From contig JBHGNT010000079.1 in the NCBI GenBank assembly GCA_043228905.1, forward strand, positions 40,218-104,217: DNA of 64,000 nucleotides, given 5' to 3'. The translations under genes were made by a program, and so were the position numbers. This document shows, in pieces, positions 49,601-62,801 of this stretch; within the stretch, counting starts at the first letter, position 1; every line of letters begins with the position of its first letter. The notes under the pieces were generated by a model. That model worked only from the letters and a program-made list of their open reading frames with translations, was not told the DNA's origin and made no database searches. Source of the stretch: Azolla caroliniana (Eukaryota; Plantae; Polypodiophyta).

Positions 49601-50142
49601 GCTTAGATGTCACGAGTTGAGAAAGCTAGAGAGTGCTTCGGTGTATAATAGAAATAAGGATGGAGCCAATGGGCAGCCCTGTCATACAGACCACAATATT
49701 CGGAAGAAAGGGCCCCTTTCACCTGCTAGTGAAACACAACTTGTGGCGTTCCTATAAAGTCCTACAATGCCTTTGATCCATGATTCGTGAAAGCCGAGTT
49801 TCCCCATCACACTTTCAAGAAATTTCCAGCATACCCTATCATATGCTTTCTCAAAATCTAGGATCACCACAACTACCTTGTTGTTGGTACGCTTAGTAAG
49901 GGCTACTACTTCCCAAAATGAGAAGAGATTGTCTAGGATGGTCCGATTTCTAACAAAACCTGTCTGGGACGGATGAATGAGCTAAGGGAGAAGTGGTGCT
50001 AAGCGGCGTGCCACGATTTTTGCGAGCAACTTATAGACATTATTGAGGAGAGTTATGGGTTGCCACTTACTAATGTCATTGGCACTTCCACCACTTTTAG
50101 GAATGAGATGTATCATCCCCTATCCAAATTCCTCTGGCATGT
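46650..50142 (-). mobile_element. 5'-truncated L1-like LINE with TSD
   Basis: LDFEKAYDRVCW, EYADDT, KYLGFQIG, GRIIVANQVLL and LWILWKQ; A-rich tail at 46650-46675; TSD TAAGCGGATTTT at 46638-46649 and 50143-50154. Confidence 0.9.
47149..47810. mobile_element. 662-bp non-autonomous hAT-type element inserted in the LINE
   Basis: TIRs CATAGATTGACA / TGTCAATCTATG and an 8-bp TSD TAGCCAAC (47141-47148; 47811-47818). AT-rich body with ATTCG/CGAAT subterminal repeats. The empty-site sequence is present in the 5.5-6.6 kb LINE copy. Confidence 0.92.
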
Positions 50143-50602
50143 TAAGCGGATTTTTATGCCAATCTACAACTTTTATGTGTACATGATATATTATATTTTC
50201 AAATGATTCCTTATCTAAAGTATCTATAAACAAATATTACATGTATGTGTCTATCCATGATCATATCTTAAGAAAACCTTCTTTTCATGTTATTTTCACG
50301 ATGATACAAGGTACCATTTTAGCTTCCCTTACAATAGTTTGCTTCCCTTTGAGCTCAAGTTGTGCAATCACGTTATTTTCAAGCTATTATTTTAAGATGG
50401 TGTCACGTAAACACATGTGCACCTACTACTTTATGTGAAGTTCTCAAGTGATAACATACTTAATAGTTATCCCACACCATAGAATTGAATATTGCAATTC
50501 ATACCCTCAGTGTACTGATCATGAGATTAGGGAATAGTACATAAAACCTATGTCATGATCAGTTATGGTTATGCACATAACAAGGAGATCCTCAAGTTTC
50601 AG

Positions 50603-51140
50603 TGTAGCATCCCAGTAGACGACGACCACATTGCCTCTTGTCGTTGTTGGTCTTACATGGCTGCTAGATTTACAACCATAAGCCCATTCAAAATTCTAGC
50701 AATACGGTCATAACCATAAATTATCCCATGGTAAGTTTTATCATAGTATTCTATACACGAGGACAAAGTGTGAGGGTTAATCGAGAGAGTAAAGAAGGGA
50801 AGATTAATTCGTAATCCTACGAATTGAGAAAACCCATAAAGGCCAAGTGTGAAGATTAATTCGTAGGGGGCTTAGGTTTGGCTATAAATATGAGGCCTAG
50901 CTACCCTCATTAGGGACATCATTCGACTACGTCGAGACTCTAATCTTGTGGTGATCAAACTCTTGTAGTGAGCGCGCAAGTACTAGGTACGAATCGATGC
51001 CAAGGCGGTGGTATGGGACGCCGATCAAGGCTCGAGTCCGTCTCGATCCCTTCGCTCAAGAGTGGCCAGTTGGATCGGCACCCTTCTTTCTCTCTCCTTT
51101 CTTATCTATCTATCTATTATTTCCTTGTCATATGCTTACA
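50603..51140 (+). mobile_element. Probable solo LTR
   Basis: Starts TGTAGCATCCC and ends ATGCTTACA, with CTATAAATA at ~50882. The flanking 5-mers only partly match (TTCAG/TTAGG). Confidence 0.45.
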
Positions 51141-51356
51141 TTAGGATTAAGCTCTCACATAATGCTTCCCCCCTTGTGCAAAAGTTTGACCCTCGACATT
51201 GAGCTTTCTTCTCCCTTATATAGATCTCTTGAGCTCCTCCTGAAAATGAAATGTTCCTTCTTTTTGCATGCACATTAATTACCTTCCCTTAGGGCATGGT
51301 GTCAATCCATTTGCATTTCCCTCATTTGTCTAATTGAAGTCTACATAATTTCTCCT

Positions 51357-51605
51357 TGTCCGAACAGGACTCAAACCACTAACCTTTCGCTCCTAGTCCA
51401 TACAGTACAGTCGAACCACTAACCTTTCATTCCTAATATAATCTCTTGTTCCATACAAGACTCAAACCACTTCGCCTTTTATTCCTAGTATAAGCTCCTA
51501 GTCCATACAAGACTTGAACCACTAACCTTTCATTCCTAGTATAAGCTCTTGGTCCATACAGGACTCGAACGCGTTATAACCTTTCATTCTTAGTATGAGC
51601 TCTTG
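51357..51605 (-). repeat. ~51-bp tandem array containing tRNA T-arm/B-box motifs
   Basis: About five units of AGAGCTTATACTAGGAATGAAAGGTTAGTGGTTCGAGTCCTGTATGGAC on the minus strand. Confidence 0.7.
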
Positions 51606-54600
51606 AGCGGGTCTAGCTAAGCCAGAGCAAGCTCTGTGTAGCCGGAGCCATGGCGTCTAAAGAAGAAAGTGGCGGATGAGGGCCCGAGCAGGCCAAGCAG
51701 AGCTGCAAGAGATTCTGATCCCCTGCCTGCCCCACACATTCTCTCTCAAAAGAGCTTTGCTTCCTCTTAACGTTTGAACTTTGCTTTCAGCTATGTCTTT
51801 TTGTTGTTATTGTATGCTATTTTATCTGTTTAATAGGAAAAACAATTTGCTGAACCAAACAACACCCTCTATAGATAGATCAAATGGTCATCATTTGTCA
51901 TTAGATGCTTGACATGATTATATAAACACCATTTCTAGAAATGAAATATGGGTTCTAGATCTACTGATGTAGAACGACAGAAAAGATGACTCCAATGATT
52001 ATATATATCCATCTCCATTGAATGAGTAGATCATGATCTCATTCTCTTTGAGAGATTATGTTGAATGACTGATTGTCTTCCAACTTCAAATTAGCCTGAC
52101 CAAGAATTCAATTTTTATCATTTGAAAATTTGTTGAGTGTTTGCTCTCCTCCCGTCTTTCTCTATACCTAACGAGGTTACTTTCTTATCATATTTATGGT
52201 ATCAGTTGACAATTAAGGATTTTGCATGAACATACTTCAGGTTTGTGTCATGCTTCTTGAGCAATTTCATCATGGTTCCCAAAGTATTGTTTAGTTTCTA
52301 TATTAGTATTAAACTAAATCAATCACTCAATGTAACAAACCATAGATTATATCATACATTCTTTGTGTGATCTTATAGGTTTAACAATTAGCGTTAAAAT
52401 TTAAGAGTTTAAATCAATTATTGGAGAGTTTAAATATAGATACAACATGGCTCAAAACAATCTCCGTTTATAACTTAACTTGATTATAACTTTTTTATAG
52501 TGGTTACAACGTACAGCAAAGTGAAGTGCAATGGATATGTTTCATTGAATGTAACCATATCATTTATGGCATATTCTGGCTTACAATACCTTAGACTCGG
52601 CCACATTAATGTGCTTATAAACGGTGCATGCTCAAATTACATTATGAGTGTACTACTTCATGACTAGTCCAATGAATGTATGTTATGGCCTATCTTAAAT
52701 CGTATTATTCTCACTACTTTTGTAATAGCTAATTACTATACACCTTGGTGGGCACATAACTTGAATCCACGCATGTTGTTTGCTAAGTCACCTTCTAGAG
52801 TCTAGCCCTTTTTACATTGTTATCTAAATTAGCAAGACATCGGCCTCACTTTTCTGTAATAACTCTGTTTGTCAATTATCGTTAAGCCCTACATCCCATA
52901 ACTAAGATAATAGTCCTATGAGACTTCTCTGCTTTTGGTAATAGTTTGCATGCCCTCCACGCTTGTTGCTTGAATAACTTGAATCAAACGCTATCAATTC
53001 TACCTTTCATTTTGTATCTTTATACTTTCATGTTCAACAATGTTGTCTCATTGATGTAAGTGGCTCCATTTGCATATTTGTATTCTAATGCTCAACGATA
53101 TTCTTCTTTATTAGAATCTCTTTTTTAATTGTACTATAAAGCTCTTCTAAATCATATTACAATGTAAGTGGCTCAAATTTCATTTTGTTTGAAACACAAA
53201 AGAACATGATGTGGTAGTAAGCTTTTGAGGAAGAAGACGTAATCTTAATGCTTGTTCTTCGAAAGCATTTTTAGCCTATAAAAATCGCCTAAATATACCC
53301 CTATGTTATAGATGTTACAAAAGTATGAACGATTATTTCTCAAGTTTACTAGAGTGTACTTGAACTAAGTCGAGGGTTCTAATTGCATGAAATTAAAGAT
53401 TGAATACATACAAAAGGGGCATGATACATGTTTAGAGAATATGTTGGCTTCATTTGCCTATACATCAATAACCTAAGTGTGTAGTTTAAGCTAACATACA
53501 CTCTAAATATAACTTCTTTCTTTTTTCCCAAAAATCACTCTAAATATAACTTTTGTCCACTAAGACATTGCGTAAATGTACATTTCTTTTTTAGTAGGTG
53601 AAAGGTTTTGCAACTATGCTTAACATTTCTTTCCTTTTTTCTTTCTTTGCTTTAATGAACCGTAATAACATTATATGAAGCATAGACCTTTACCAAAACA
53701 CTAACATGTATAAGTAATACATCTATTGCCCCCATTTCTTTAGTAAGGCAATGTTTATGAGAAGCTCTAGATCAAAGAGGTGTCATCTAGATTGGCATTT
53801 AAGGTTGCAAAGTACAAGTTTTAAGTTGAAGAATGTTAGAAGCAATAATTTATTCTATCAAATTTATTGCAGAAAGCAATGGTCTTTTTTGTATTGGGCC
53901 ACTTTTTGGCCTACCATAGCCTATATAAACTACTAAATAATCTTTCTCACATATAATAAATTTCTTATTTCTCAACTTTCTTGTTTAAAAATGGTTTTAA
54001 TCATTTTATGGTATGCACCTTTCCAACTATGAAATGGTTCATTCATTCATTTGTTGGTTTAATTTCCATCATGTAGTAATTTCTATTCTTTATGTTGTGA
54101 AAGGTAATGCGTCAGCATGATCTCAATTCAAAATTAAGATGACTAATCAAGATGCAACATATAATTACTTTTCTCAAATTTTACAACAAGGTAAGTATGA
54201 TCATCAATCCACAAACAACAATGCATTGGGATGTATGAATCCTCTCCTAAGGATGTATGAAGATTAATACTTTCTCAATATTCTCTTCACCCTCATATTA
54301 ATTCCTAGTCCTCATGGCAAGCATGTGTTTCACATTGTTTTTCCAATATTTCTTTTGAGTGAATATTAATTGATTTGTTAAAGTTACTTGAATGCCCTCA
54401 AGATAGTAACCTCAAGTTGCAAGGAGTCTTTCTATGCCATTTATTATTTTTGTCAAGATGTCTCCAATTGAATTTCTTTTTGTGAGTTGTTTACTATTCA
54501 TTTCTTTTAAATAAACTAGGTAAAGTTTGCCACCCTTGTGGTATATACCTTCATTCATTGCATTTTTTCACAGCATTTGGAGGTTATATGCAATCTTTGT

Positions 54601-54620
54601 TTAATAATATTGATTTTATT

Positions 54621-54771
54621 AACAAGATTGATTATGTACTTAAGCACTCATCTTGATGTTATTTCGTATTTTTTGTAGATATTCCACAAAAAATACGAAA
54701 TAAACAAGATTGGTTATGTGCGTAACTTCTTAAGCACTCATCTTGATGTTATTTCATAATTTTTGTAGATA
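54621..54771. repeat. ~60-bp direct duplication with an inverted linker
   Basis: AACAAGATTG...CTTAAGCACTCATCTTGATGTTATTTC occurs twice. TTATTTCGTATTTTTTGT (54659-54676) is inverted at 54686-54703. Confidence 0.8.
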
Positions 54772-57700
54772 ATCTTTCTTAGAGAAACCAATTTGACCTT
54801 TATAAATAGACCTTTCGAGCAATAGTGAGGTCTTATACTCATTTTGCTTCTTTTAAACCCGTTTGTCTATTTGTCTCCTTCTCCCTAAACTATGTTATCT
54901 CCAATTCTTTTTCCATTTGGTTCTGATTGTATCTAGGATAATTGGGTTTGTTCAATTTATTGTATACAAAGATTTGCATATGCCTTTTTCTAACACTTTA
55001 AGTCATCATCTCCATGTTGTCAAGTTCCTTCAATGCAGTTTGTCCACATTTGTTTTCTTGAATGTCTCGTCATGCTTGACTTCCATAGGGAACTTAATAA
55101 CATTCGATTTATTTTGATGTAACCCATCCATTTCTACTCATGAGTTTTTATGTCCTTTCGGAGACAAATATTGGGTTAGTGAACATTGATCATGTTATAA
55201 ACTATTGCATGTCACTAAAATAAATGTTCATGTATTAGTGAGCTGAAGTACAAGAATAAATGTTCAATTGTAAGTTGCTCATGAACACTAGGGAATGCCA
55301 CCCACTCTTGCACACACTTCAAGAGTTCATTTTCTGGGTTCTTGCATAGGGTTTGACCCTACACCTAAAACCACCTACCCTACACACCAGTTGTACATTT
55401 GTCTTTCATTCTTACATATATTTTCTTGACATGTTTCAAAGATCCTCCACAAAGGGGGAAGTGCAATGATGTGACTAAATCCATATCTCTCGTCCAAATT
55501 AAGACACTATTTAGAATAGAGATTGTTTTGGCATTAGCTAGTCGAGTCTCAAATATGGCGCTTCTGAGCTACTTTTGACCCTCAAAAACAAAAAGGATAA
55601 CTTGAAATACAAAAGAGTATAGAATCAGATTATACCCATTCCAAGAAATAAGTGACATATGCATACATGGAGTAGGTAGATGAATGAAAGGTTAATACTT
55701 ATGTGTGTCCATAGTGTGCATAGGACATGTGTCAATCCATGCCTCAAGTTTGCATGTGTAATATATGTATGGCATCGAATTATTCAATCTTATCATAATT
55801 TGAAAGTCATGGTTTGCCAACAGTATGACATGGTGAAAAGGGTTCTTGTCACATTTATATATGAATATTGGTTGCGCCATCCAAATATACCACACGCATC
55901 ATCTTTATCAATCACCGTTTGAATGCCATAAACTACAATAGGTTGAGCACATCCATCCATACATTAGAGTTGATGCACAATAACTTCTAATGTGACAGCT
56001 AAATTTCTTGCTCTCAAGTGTACCACCATGAGAGATGATTTCTTTGTTTAAGTTTTGACATTACAATGTTGATACCAAGCTCACACATTCAAACATGTTA
56101 GTTGATGTTGTTTGTGTGGGCGGTGAATCCAACATAAATAAAAATGTGTGTGATCATATTTCATAAGCAATATATCTAAGCCTCAAATGAAAAAAAAACC
56201 ATTATATTGAGTTTTCTGCATTCATATTCAATTAGCTATATGTGTAGGGCTCAAGGAAAAACAAAATACTCCTATAGAAGAACAATGTTTTACTTGGAAG
56301 GTGTGGTATTCACAATTTCAATAATTCTTTTACAAAGTTTATAGTACGATTGAGAGTAACAATAGAATTCCTTATTTTCATGTGTATGCAATCATCATGG
56401 CAATACTCTATACATAGCCAAGATAAACAACAAAAAAGATTGTATTACATTTTACATGCTATTTATGACGCTCTCTTGTTTGTGTTAAGTGATTTTTGTA
56501 TAACATAGAATTCACAACATTTCAACATAAATTATACTCTTCTCATGAAAGTTTTAGAGTCACACCAACAAACATTATGCACAAAAAACTTTAAAAGTAT
56601 AATGAGTTGGTTTTTGAAATGATTCGAATGAGTGGAAAAAATACGTGAATTCTGTTGCATATATATATTTTTTAATTACTTTAATGGAGATTGTAAGGTA
56701 AGGCTCTATAATGGTAAAAGCAAGAGACCATACTATAAAGCCCCTTCATATTTTCCTTCGTACAATATCCTGCATTCTTTGATTATTTTTGGGTAGGTAA
56801 AAAGTTGTGTGTTCGTCAATACCCTCCATGACTATTGCAAATGTAAAGATGGAGAAAGTTAACCGACATGGACATAGACTAACCTTACATACACCAAAAC
56901 AAATATCTATTATCAATCAAAAGACATGAGTATGACTTTTGGGTTTCCATTAGGGTGATATAGAATTTTTATTAAAAATATTATGTTGCACATAGAGAAG
57001 GCGAGCTAAATGAGAAATTTTCAAGATAATGTGGTTGTTTCCATTCATGTGCAATGTATATGTTCCAATGGTGCAAGGTAGAATACTAGGCACTATTTGT
57101 TCTCCTTGGGAATTGATCACCTAACGCATGCGTTCTTTCCACAAACATGAACATGAACATGATATGGAACATAAGTATACCGAAGAATCATAATTGAATT
57201 TCTAGTTGTAAATTCCTTAGCATCCAATACATGTATTCAGCTTTTTTTTAATACTTTGAATACGTATTCTATAGATAAAATACGTAGAATACAGTAATTG
57301 CATAGAATATGTTAAATATTTCTTATGTTTGTATTGCATCTAACAATTGTTATAGGTTTCTATGGAACACATGCATCCTCTTTCAACATCTAGGATTTGA
57401 CTTATAGATGATATCCTATAACAACAAAAATATCATCAACCTCCCTTTGGTGTCCGGCGAGAAACCACCAGAGACCTGCTTTGAACTAGAATGATTTAAT
57501 AACCTTATAACTTCTTCGTACATAATATCACTCAACCACATAGGCTTTGATGAGACTATTACTAGGATTCAATGACAAGTTGTTTACTTATAATGTATTT
57601 GTACACCGCATATATGTAGGTTAGGGAGATCTTTCAGTGAACCAATGATAAGTCCAAAAATCATCGTGTGGAATCCTCTCTTGTTATGATGTGACATGAG

Positions 57701-58630
57701 AACTATTTATCTACATGCAAGTGCAATTTGGCTTTTGACTACTCACCCTTCACTAGCATGAGGCTTTGTCCATTTCTCTTTCTTTGCAAATGCAACATCT
57801 CTCGTTGTAGTGGTTCAAAATTGGACATGCATCAATCAAGTTCTATAGACAATGGCTATGGCAAACCCCCTAGAATATCCACTTTGTTTCAAGGGGGGGA
57901 TTATTAAAATGAAAAGTACTCTATTCTTACTTTAAGCATGAAATATATATGCTATTAATATAACACATGCTTGTGAAATTCACGTTTAACATAACCAAGG
58001 AGCTTTGTGGAAGTAATGCTTAGCATACCAAGGATATCTTAATTTGAAGTTTCATATTATGCTCAAAAGTTTAGAAGTTAGAATAGGTTCGGAAAGGGCA
58101 AAGGTGGTCCTAATCTCATTTTAATATGTTGTACAAAGGCTTAAGTGGTCAATATGGATGCCCCATTTAGGCAACCTAGGGAAAAAGCTACTGCTTGGGT
58201 GAAGATGACCATCTAGTGGATGAGTGGGTGGAGATCAAGGCCATTTTTGTTCTGTCAATGTCACACCAAGGCACATGTAAGGTTCTAGTTAAAAAACATG
58301 AGCCGATAATGTAGCTCAACTTCTTGAACATAGCTTGGGGGGGTTTCCATACATTTTGACCACACAATACGAGATCATGTCTTGATTCCTATCCAACATG
58401 AGACAACCATGGGCTATCAAAAGGGCATCTAGCTTGCCAAATCCGTTCGAGAAGGTATTGTAGTTTCTAGACGCATGTCAGAGTGTCTTCCAATCATGTT
58501 CATTTGTCACGACGCATCCTCACATAGGACGAGGCGAAACATGTTCATGAAGCCATGATGGATGTGGGGGGAGGGGGATGGAGGAGGCGTGCGCGAGATG
58601 GGGATGTTTTACCTTCTTACGACTTAAACT

Positions 58631-58689
<59 letters not shown>

Positions 58690-58700
58690 AATAGATAGAT
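58631..58700. repeat. (GATA)n microsatellite upstream of RopGEF
   Basis: Direct reading of the ATAG tandem tract. Confidence 0.9.
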
Positions 58701-59086
58701 GGAGGGGGTGTTGCCCAAAAGGCCATGTCTTGGGGTGTATATAATATGTATATATACATATATACATACATACACGATGCATATAATAAGTAGTAGCATG
58801 TGAATGATCAAGAAGGAACCTCCTCCTCTGCATTACAATTTACAATTACGTACATACATACATATAGAATTGCATTCATTCATTCATTCATTCATTCATG
58901 GCCCATGTCTCCTCACGTTCCCCCCCCCCCCCCCCTTCAAACGTGCAAACCACTTCCAAGTATATGTAAATTAATTATGTATTACAGAAAACTAAGTGTT
59001 GGGCTCTTCATCTCCTCTCTCTCTCTCTCTCACTCCTCTATCCCATCATGCTGTTGATTCTCCTCATTTCCACGATCTTCTTCTTT

Positions 59087-59129
<43 letters not shown>

Positions 59130-60182
59130 TGCCTTTCTTTGCCTGCTTCATCTGCCATAATCTCTCTCCCTCTCCCTCCCTCTCTCTGAGTTTTGGGTTC
59201 TTCTGAACAGCAACAGAAATCAAAGGCTTCCTTTCCTTTCCTCGGGATTTAGTATATATATATATATATACACATACATCTTCTAAAGAAAACCATTGGA
59301 GCTCCCCCCCCACGAACAAGAACCCTAAGGAAATGCCCGATGTGGGTTGTTGCTTTATTTGCTTTTTTATACTTCTCTGCGAATTGGGTTCTTGTGATTT
59401 GCCTGATTTCTGCGCTTTTAAAAGAAGAAAGAAGAATTAAGAATTAAGGCGGAGGAAAGAAGACGAATTAAGACGAAGAAGAAAGCTATAAAGTGTTCTG
59501 ACAAGGGTTCGATTAACCTCACCTTCCATTTTTATTTTTATTTTTTAAACTTTTCAGCGCAAGCCATTCGTTGTCATTCTCACGAGTAAGCATCAGGAAA
59601 AAGGTAAGCAAAAAACAGAGCTTTTTGTTTTTGTTTTTGTTTTGTTTCTTCGTGTCTGCAATTACATTGTATACGTTTTTAAAGAATGCAGCTTCTCTTA
59701 AACACATATTCCTTCTTCTAGGACTAATATATCATGATCTACTCTGCTCGAGCTTCGTTAAACGCTTGTATCTTTCTTCTCTCCGTTTTACATGCATCTG
59801 CATAACACTGTCTCTAGTATTGTTGGAACCTTTATTGTGTTTTGGGCTTCATTCATTTCTAGGGGTTCTTTCTTCTCTGTTTTTACATGCATGCTTGTGC
59901 ACAGACCACATAGTGAAATCTCTGTTTCTAGACTTGCCCGGACATTTATTGTGGTTTAAGGTTCCTTAATTCTGACTATCTTTCTTCTCTCTGTTTTACA
60001 CATATCTACATACATTGGTGTAGCTAATGCTCTGTTTCTAGTCTTCTTGGAACCTTCACTCCGCTTGAGCATTCATTAGTGGTACAAGTTTTTTCCAGTG
60101 TTGTATGTGCATGTGCGTAGATTTCACTGATAAACACTCTAATTCTCGTTTTGTTGATATCCTCTTGAACAGGATTTATGCT

Positions 60183-62801
60183 ATGTTTAAAGGGACTAAT
60201 TCCCCTTCAATGCCGAAGATAGACAAGCATATATTTGATGTATTGCCTGGTATAGAATCTCCAGATGGGTGTCCATACCTGAAAGGAATCCATCCGCCTT
60301 CCGGTTTGGATCACTTTTGTGATGAGCTTTTCTCGGATAGATCCTTACCATGCAGCCCTCGGGATGGAGGTGGCTATGAATCTACAACTAGTACCTCGGT
60401 GGAATCTTCTCCAATAGGATGGCTTCCACCATTTTCTTCGACATCTTCTTCGAGGGATAAATCTCGTGTTTGGAAGCTTCCAATGATGCCAAAATATGTC
60501 GAAGTCAGAGATATCACTCCGTCGGGGGATCAGTGCGAGCATAAAGTAGAGGAATCTGATGCTTCAGGTGAGGATTTCTGAACTTAAGTTCCATCTTGTT
60601 ATGAACATACATGTAATAGTCATAGATTTATGGAGTCGGTTAGGCAACAGAAAGGTTCATTAGCTATGGTCAGATATGGGTGCAGAAGGTCATTTGATTG
60701 ACCACACTATAGATTGCCATGTTCATTTGTGTTTTACTAAGATAACTTATGATTGGTTGCCCAAGATCCTTACACTTCATATAGGATTGATTTCTCTCAT
60801 AACGTGACCTTCAGGTGAGATTTCTGAAACCTTCGTCCTTTTAATGTCCCCACAGAGTTGGAGATGATGAAGGAACGGTTTGCTAAACTACTTTTGGGTG
60901 AAGATCTCTCTGGTGGTGGAAAAGGAGTATCAAGTGCTCTTGCCATCTCCAATGCCATCACAAACCTTTCAGGTAGTTTACTCATAGATTATACACAAAA
61001 TGCACGTATACATTTTGTTGCGCCCATTTCTGACATCAGTCTTGGGGTGATTTCAGTTTCTGTTTTTGGACAGCTATATAAATTAGAGCCCCTTGCAGAG
61101 GAGCAGAAGATTCGATGGCGGAGAGAGATGGGTTGGATCCTCTCCGTTAGTGATTATATAGTTGATTTCGTTCCTTCAGTTCAGCAAATGGCAGATGGTA
61201 TCAGCACCGAGGTAGTGTCTAGTCTCTATGCTGGTTTTCAATATAAATATCATCATCCCCAGGTGATTGCAATGAGAATTCTTGTGATAATCATAGGTTA
61301 TGGTCACAAAACTTCGGCAGGATATTGCTGAGAAACTCCCAGCTTTACGCAAGCTTGACAACATGCTGTTGGTAGGTATCATGCTCAATCTTTGTCGTAA
61401 CATAATTGCACCATGACCTTGTAAACTATTGTAAAGAGTTCAACTCCTGTTCGTGTCCATGCATCGGTTGTCACAAATGGAAACTCCCTGTTAGGACCAG
61501 AAAGAAAGAAAAAATAATGATGAGTAAGAAAAGAGACATGAGGAATCTTGATGCTCTACACACTTGTGGCTTATCCATTTACAGGAAGCTCTAGATAGCT
61601 TCAGATCAACGGAATTCTGGTACATCGGTGAAAAGGATCATGATCAAGCACGATGGAGGCAAGAAGAGAAATGGTGGCTTCCTACTCCTAGAGTTCTGTC
61701 CAATGGTTTATCGGCCGATGCAAGGAAGCATTTACAACACCAAAGAGGAAGTATTAACCAGATATTGAAAGCTGCTTTAGCAATCAATGCTCAAGTTTTA
61801 TCAGACATAGAAATCCCTTCCGTCTATTGGGAGGGACTACCAAAGGTATATTATTAATCAAAGGTGCTTTAGTGCACACATTTAACTACTAGTAGATGAG
61901 TTGATAAAGGCTATAAATGGGCCCTTTAGGTGGACAGTGTGGTTAGTTATTATTTGAATCCAATGATCTTAGAATGGATATGGCAGTTGGTCAACTAGTC
62001 CTTTGTATATTCATTCCAAGGTCAATTGTGTTAAGGTCATAGTCATCCACATGATACCTTGATGGGTCAATCTCTAGCTTTCATCGGCCATTTTCTCAAG
62101 ACCATATCTGCTATTTTTTATATTATGCTCACTACTACACATTTTTTATAGAATGCTAGAACCATGCTCGGGGATTCACTCTATCGTTTGATCTCTTCGG
62201 AAAGCTTTTCACCCGATGCATTGATCGCTTCTTGGGACCCGAATCACGACCTCAAAATTGTAGAGCTCGTGAACCGTGTGGAGGGTGCGGTTCACATTTG
62301 GCAACGGAAACTTGAGGTTCGGCACATGCATGCACATGGTAAGGATGGGCGGATAGGTTCCAAGTCAGGGTGGGGACTCTCAAGTGATACTTATGCTTCA
62401 AGCGACCAAGAGAAAAGAGAATTGCTTACCGAGAAAGCTCGAAGTTTGTTAATATTGCTTAGGCATAAATTTCCAGGGTTACCTCAAACAAATCTTGACA
62501 TACTCAAAATACAATACAATAAGGTGCATAGCCCTGTTTTTCCATTTCATCTCTTAATGTTGTCTCCCTATTACTGAAAATATCTTCGTTTTTCCTGAAT
62601 GAGTTTTCGTTTCTTTATCAGGATGTGGGTCATTCTATACTTGAAAGCTACTCAAGGGTACTTGAAAGCTTGGCTTTCAATGTATTGTCAAGAATTAATG
62701 ATGTTTTATGTGCTGATGATGAGGCAAAATACAATCCAACTTTGGTACTTCCAAGGAGCAAGTCATCAAACAAATCAAATTCCGCCTACACATGGAAATG
62801 A
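60183..62801 (+). CDS. ROPGEF: PRONE-domain Rop guanine nucleotide exchange factor; coding exons 60183-60567, 60856-60972, 61057-61211, 61297-61371, 61585-61845, 62152-62523, 62622-62801
   Basis: [74 protein letters not shown] and [37 protein letters not shown]. All introns are GT-AG and phase-consistent. A probable 5'-UTR intron spans 59604-60172, and the start codon is inferred. Confidence 0.92.

Noticed and set aside
53850-57900. Possible decayed transposase or gene remnants in the AT-rich region upstream of RopGEF
   Set aside because: No motif could be recognised with confidence by eye.
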